From Octopus bimaculoides (taxonomy: Eukaryota): a DNA stretch of 35,664 nucleotides. The DNA lies in NCBI RefSeq assembly GCF_001194135.2, contig NC_068984.1, positions 6,616,027 to 6,651,690 on the forward strand, in the 5' to 3' direction. The translations under genes and the position numbers were made by a program. Every line of letters starts with the position of its first letter. The first letter of the stretch is position 1. The notes below the pieces were generated by a model. It was not told the DNA's origin. It searched no databases and saw nothing but the letters and a program-made list of their open reading frames with translations. Shown here one piece after another: positions 34,517 to 35,664 of the stretch.

Positions 34517-35302
34517 GACGGGCTTCTTTCAGTTTCCGTCTATCAAATCCACTCACAAGGCTTTGGTCGGCCCTAGGTTATAATAAGAGACACTTGCCCA
34601 ACGTACCTCGCAGTGGGACTGAACCCGGAACCATATGGTTGGTAAGCAAGCTCCTTACCACACAGCCACTCCTACGCCAGTTGCTGAGACTCATCAAATA
34701 TAAGGACCACATATGTAATATCTGTGGTGATCTAAAAGTTGTACCATTATTTCTTGGGTTACAGCTGGGCAACACATAGCTTATATGCTTTATGTGACTA
34801 TGGGACAGCAAAGATGACAAGAATTATTACAAAAGCATGATTGGTCATCTAAAATGAATGTTGGTAAACACAGTACGAAACACCCAGCACCTATTGACCC
34901 TCAGAAAGAACATTTTCCATCAATTCTCATTAAACTTGGCCTTCTGAAAACTTTTGTGAAGGTTATGGATCATCAAGGTAGTGGTTTCCAATATTCAAAG
35001 GATAAATTCAAAGGAACATTGACATATGCTAATCTAGAAGCTAGAGTTTTCACTGGACTACAGATACGCAGTGTCATCCACGACTCATCGCGTCCATCTA
35101 ATCTAAACGAGAATGAACTAGAAGCATGGACATCTTTCGTTGAAATTGTCAGAGATTTTCTTGGAAACTACAAAGCTGAAAACCACCGTGAACTCGTAGA
35201 AAACATACTAAATCTTATGAAAAAATTGGATGCAGAATGTCTTTGATAATGCCTCTTTTACATTCTCTTCTTGACTTCTTCCCGGCTAACCCTGGAGCTG
35301 TA
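33693..35302 (+). mobile_element. Chapaev3-like (CMC) DNA transposase relic, interrupted by a SINE
   Basis: YPEL..LNDLVRDLEL..ELLG..EWRLFIE..LKTVLLHN..ICGDLKVV..WDSK..LIKLGLLKTFVK..FTGLQIR..AWTSF..FLGNYKAEN..FFPANPGAV. Motif order matches this transposase family; superfamily name is from recall. Confidence 0.75.
34261..34678 (-). mobile_element. SINE family B, full length, inserted in the transposase ORF
   Basis: Reverse-complement homolog of 22436-22880; the transposase reads ..IELLL before it and LLRLIKY after it. Confidence 0.92.
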
Positions 35303-35402
35303 CTACAATTGTAGCAATGTTTCATTACCTAACCAGACAGGCGTATAACAACATGTCAGCCCAAACTTAGGATCTTTAGCGAGACACAAATTTATGTATG
35401 AA

Positions 35403-35505
35403 TGTAGATGATGAAACCCAGACTGCAAAATGGATGTAGGACATGTTGAACGGGGTCCCACCCATAAGGGACAGTAGCAGGATGGGTCGAAACGACCGTT
35501 GTACA
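35403..35505 (+). ncRNA. Degenerate hammerhead-like motif with 74-nt extended stem II
   Basis: TGTAG-ATGATGA-AACCCA..TGGGTC-GAAAC-GACC-GTT-GTACA. C3 replaced by A; stems I and II each have one mismatch; AATAAA follows. Confidence 0.5.
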
Positions 35506-35664
35506 AAATAAAGATTAATGCCAAATCCATCTTCTGGTTACTTAAGAAATTATTTTTATTATTATCTCAACTAACACTACGGATATCCAACAGTAATATA
35601 CCCCGACTGCGGATGACACCCACCAGGTAGAACAAACTGTGCCAGTGCTCTACTAAACACTTTA

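Overview
Eukaryotic, AT-rich, microsatellite-dense DNA with 15 N-gaps (about 4.3 kb). The tRNA-headed SINE families look like those I know from octopus genomes; this species call is an inference. I found no intact host gene, rRNA, real tRNA or CRISPR array. Nearly all ORFs in the supplied track are microsatellite or N-gap artefacts or transposon relics. Identifiable content: decayed R4/Dong-like and CR1-like LINEs, piggyBac, two maT-like Tc1/mariner relics, a Chapaev3-like transposase, three SINE families and MITE-like elements. The main signal not shown by the ORF track is a set of hammerhead-ribozyme (HHR)-like motifs at seven loci: NUGANRA core, stem II, GAAAC, (near-)palindromic stem III, NUH. 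Four of these loci are long fold-back inverted repeats (712-971, 4408-4750, 9885-10355, 19646-19962) with outward-pointing HHR motifs. One shows a compensatory U3-A8 core, and two loci carry an unusually long 74-78 nt stem II insert. The best fit is non-autonomous, head-to-head remnants of Penelope-like element ends. Ribozyme activity and novelty are untested.
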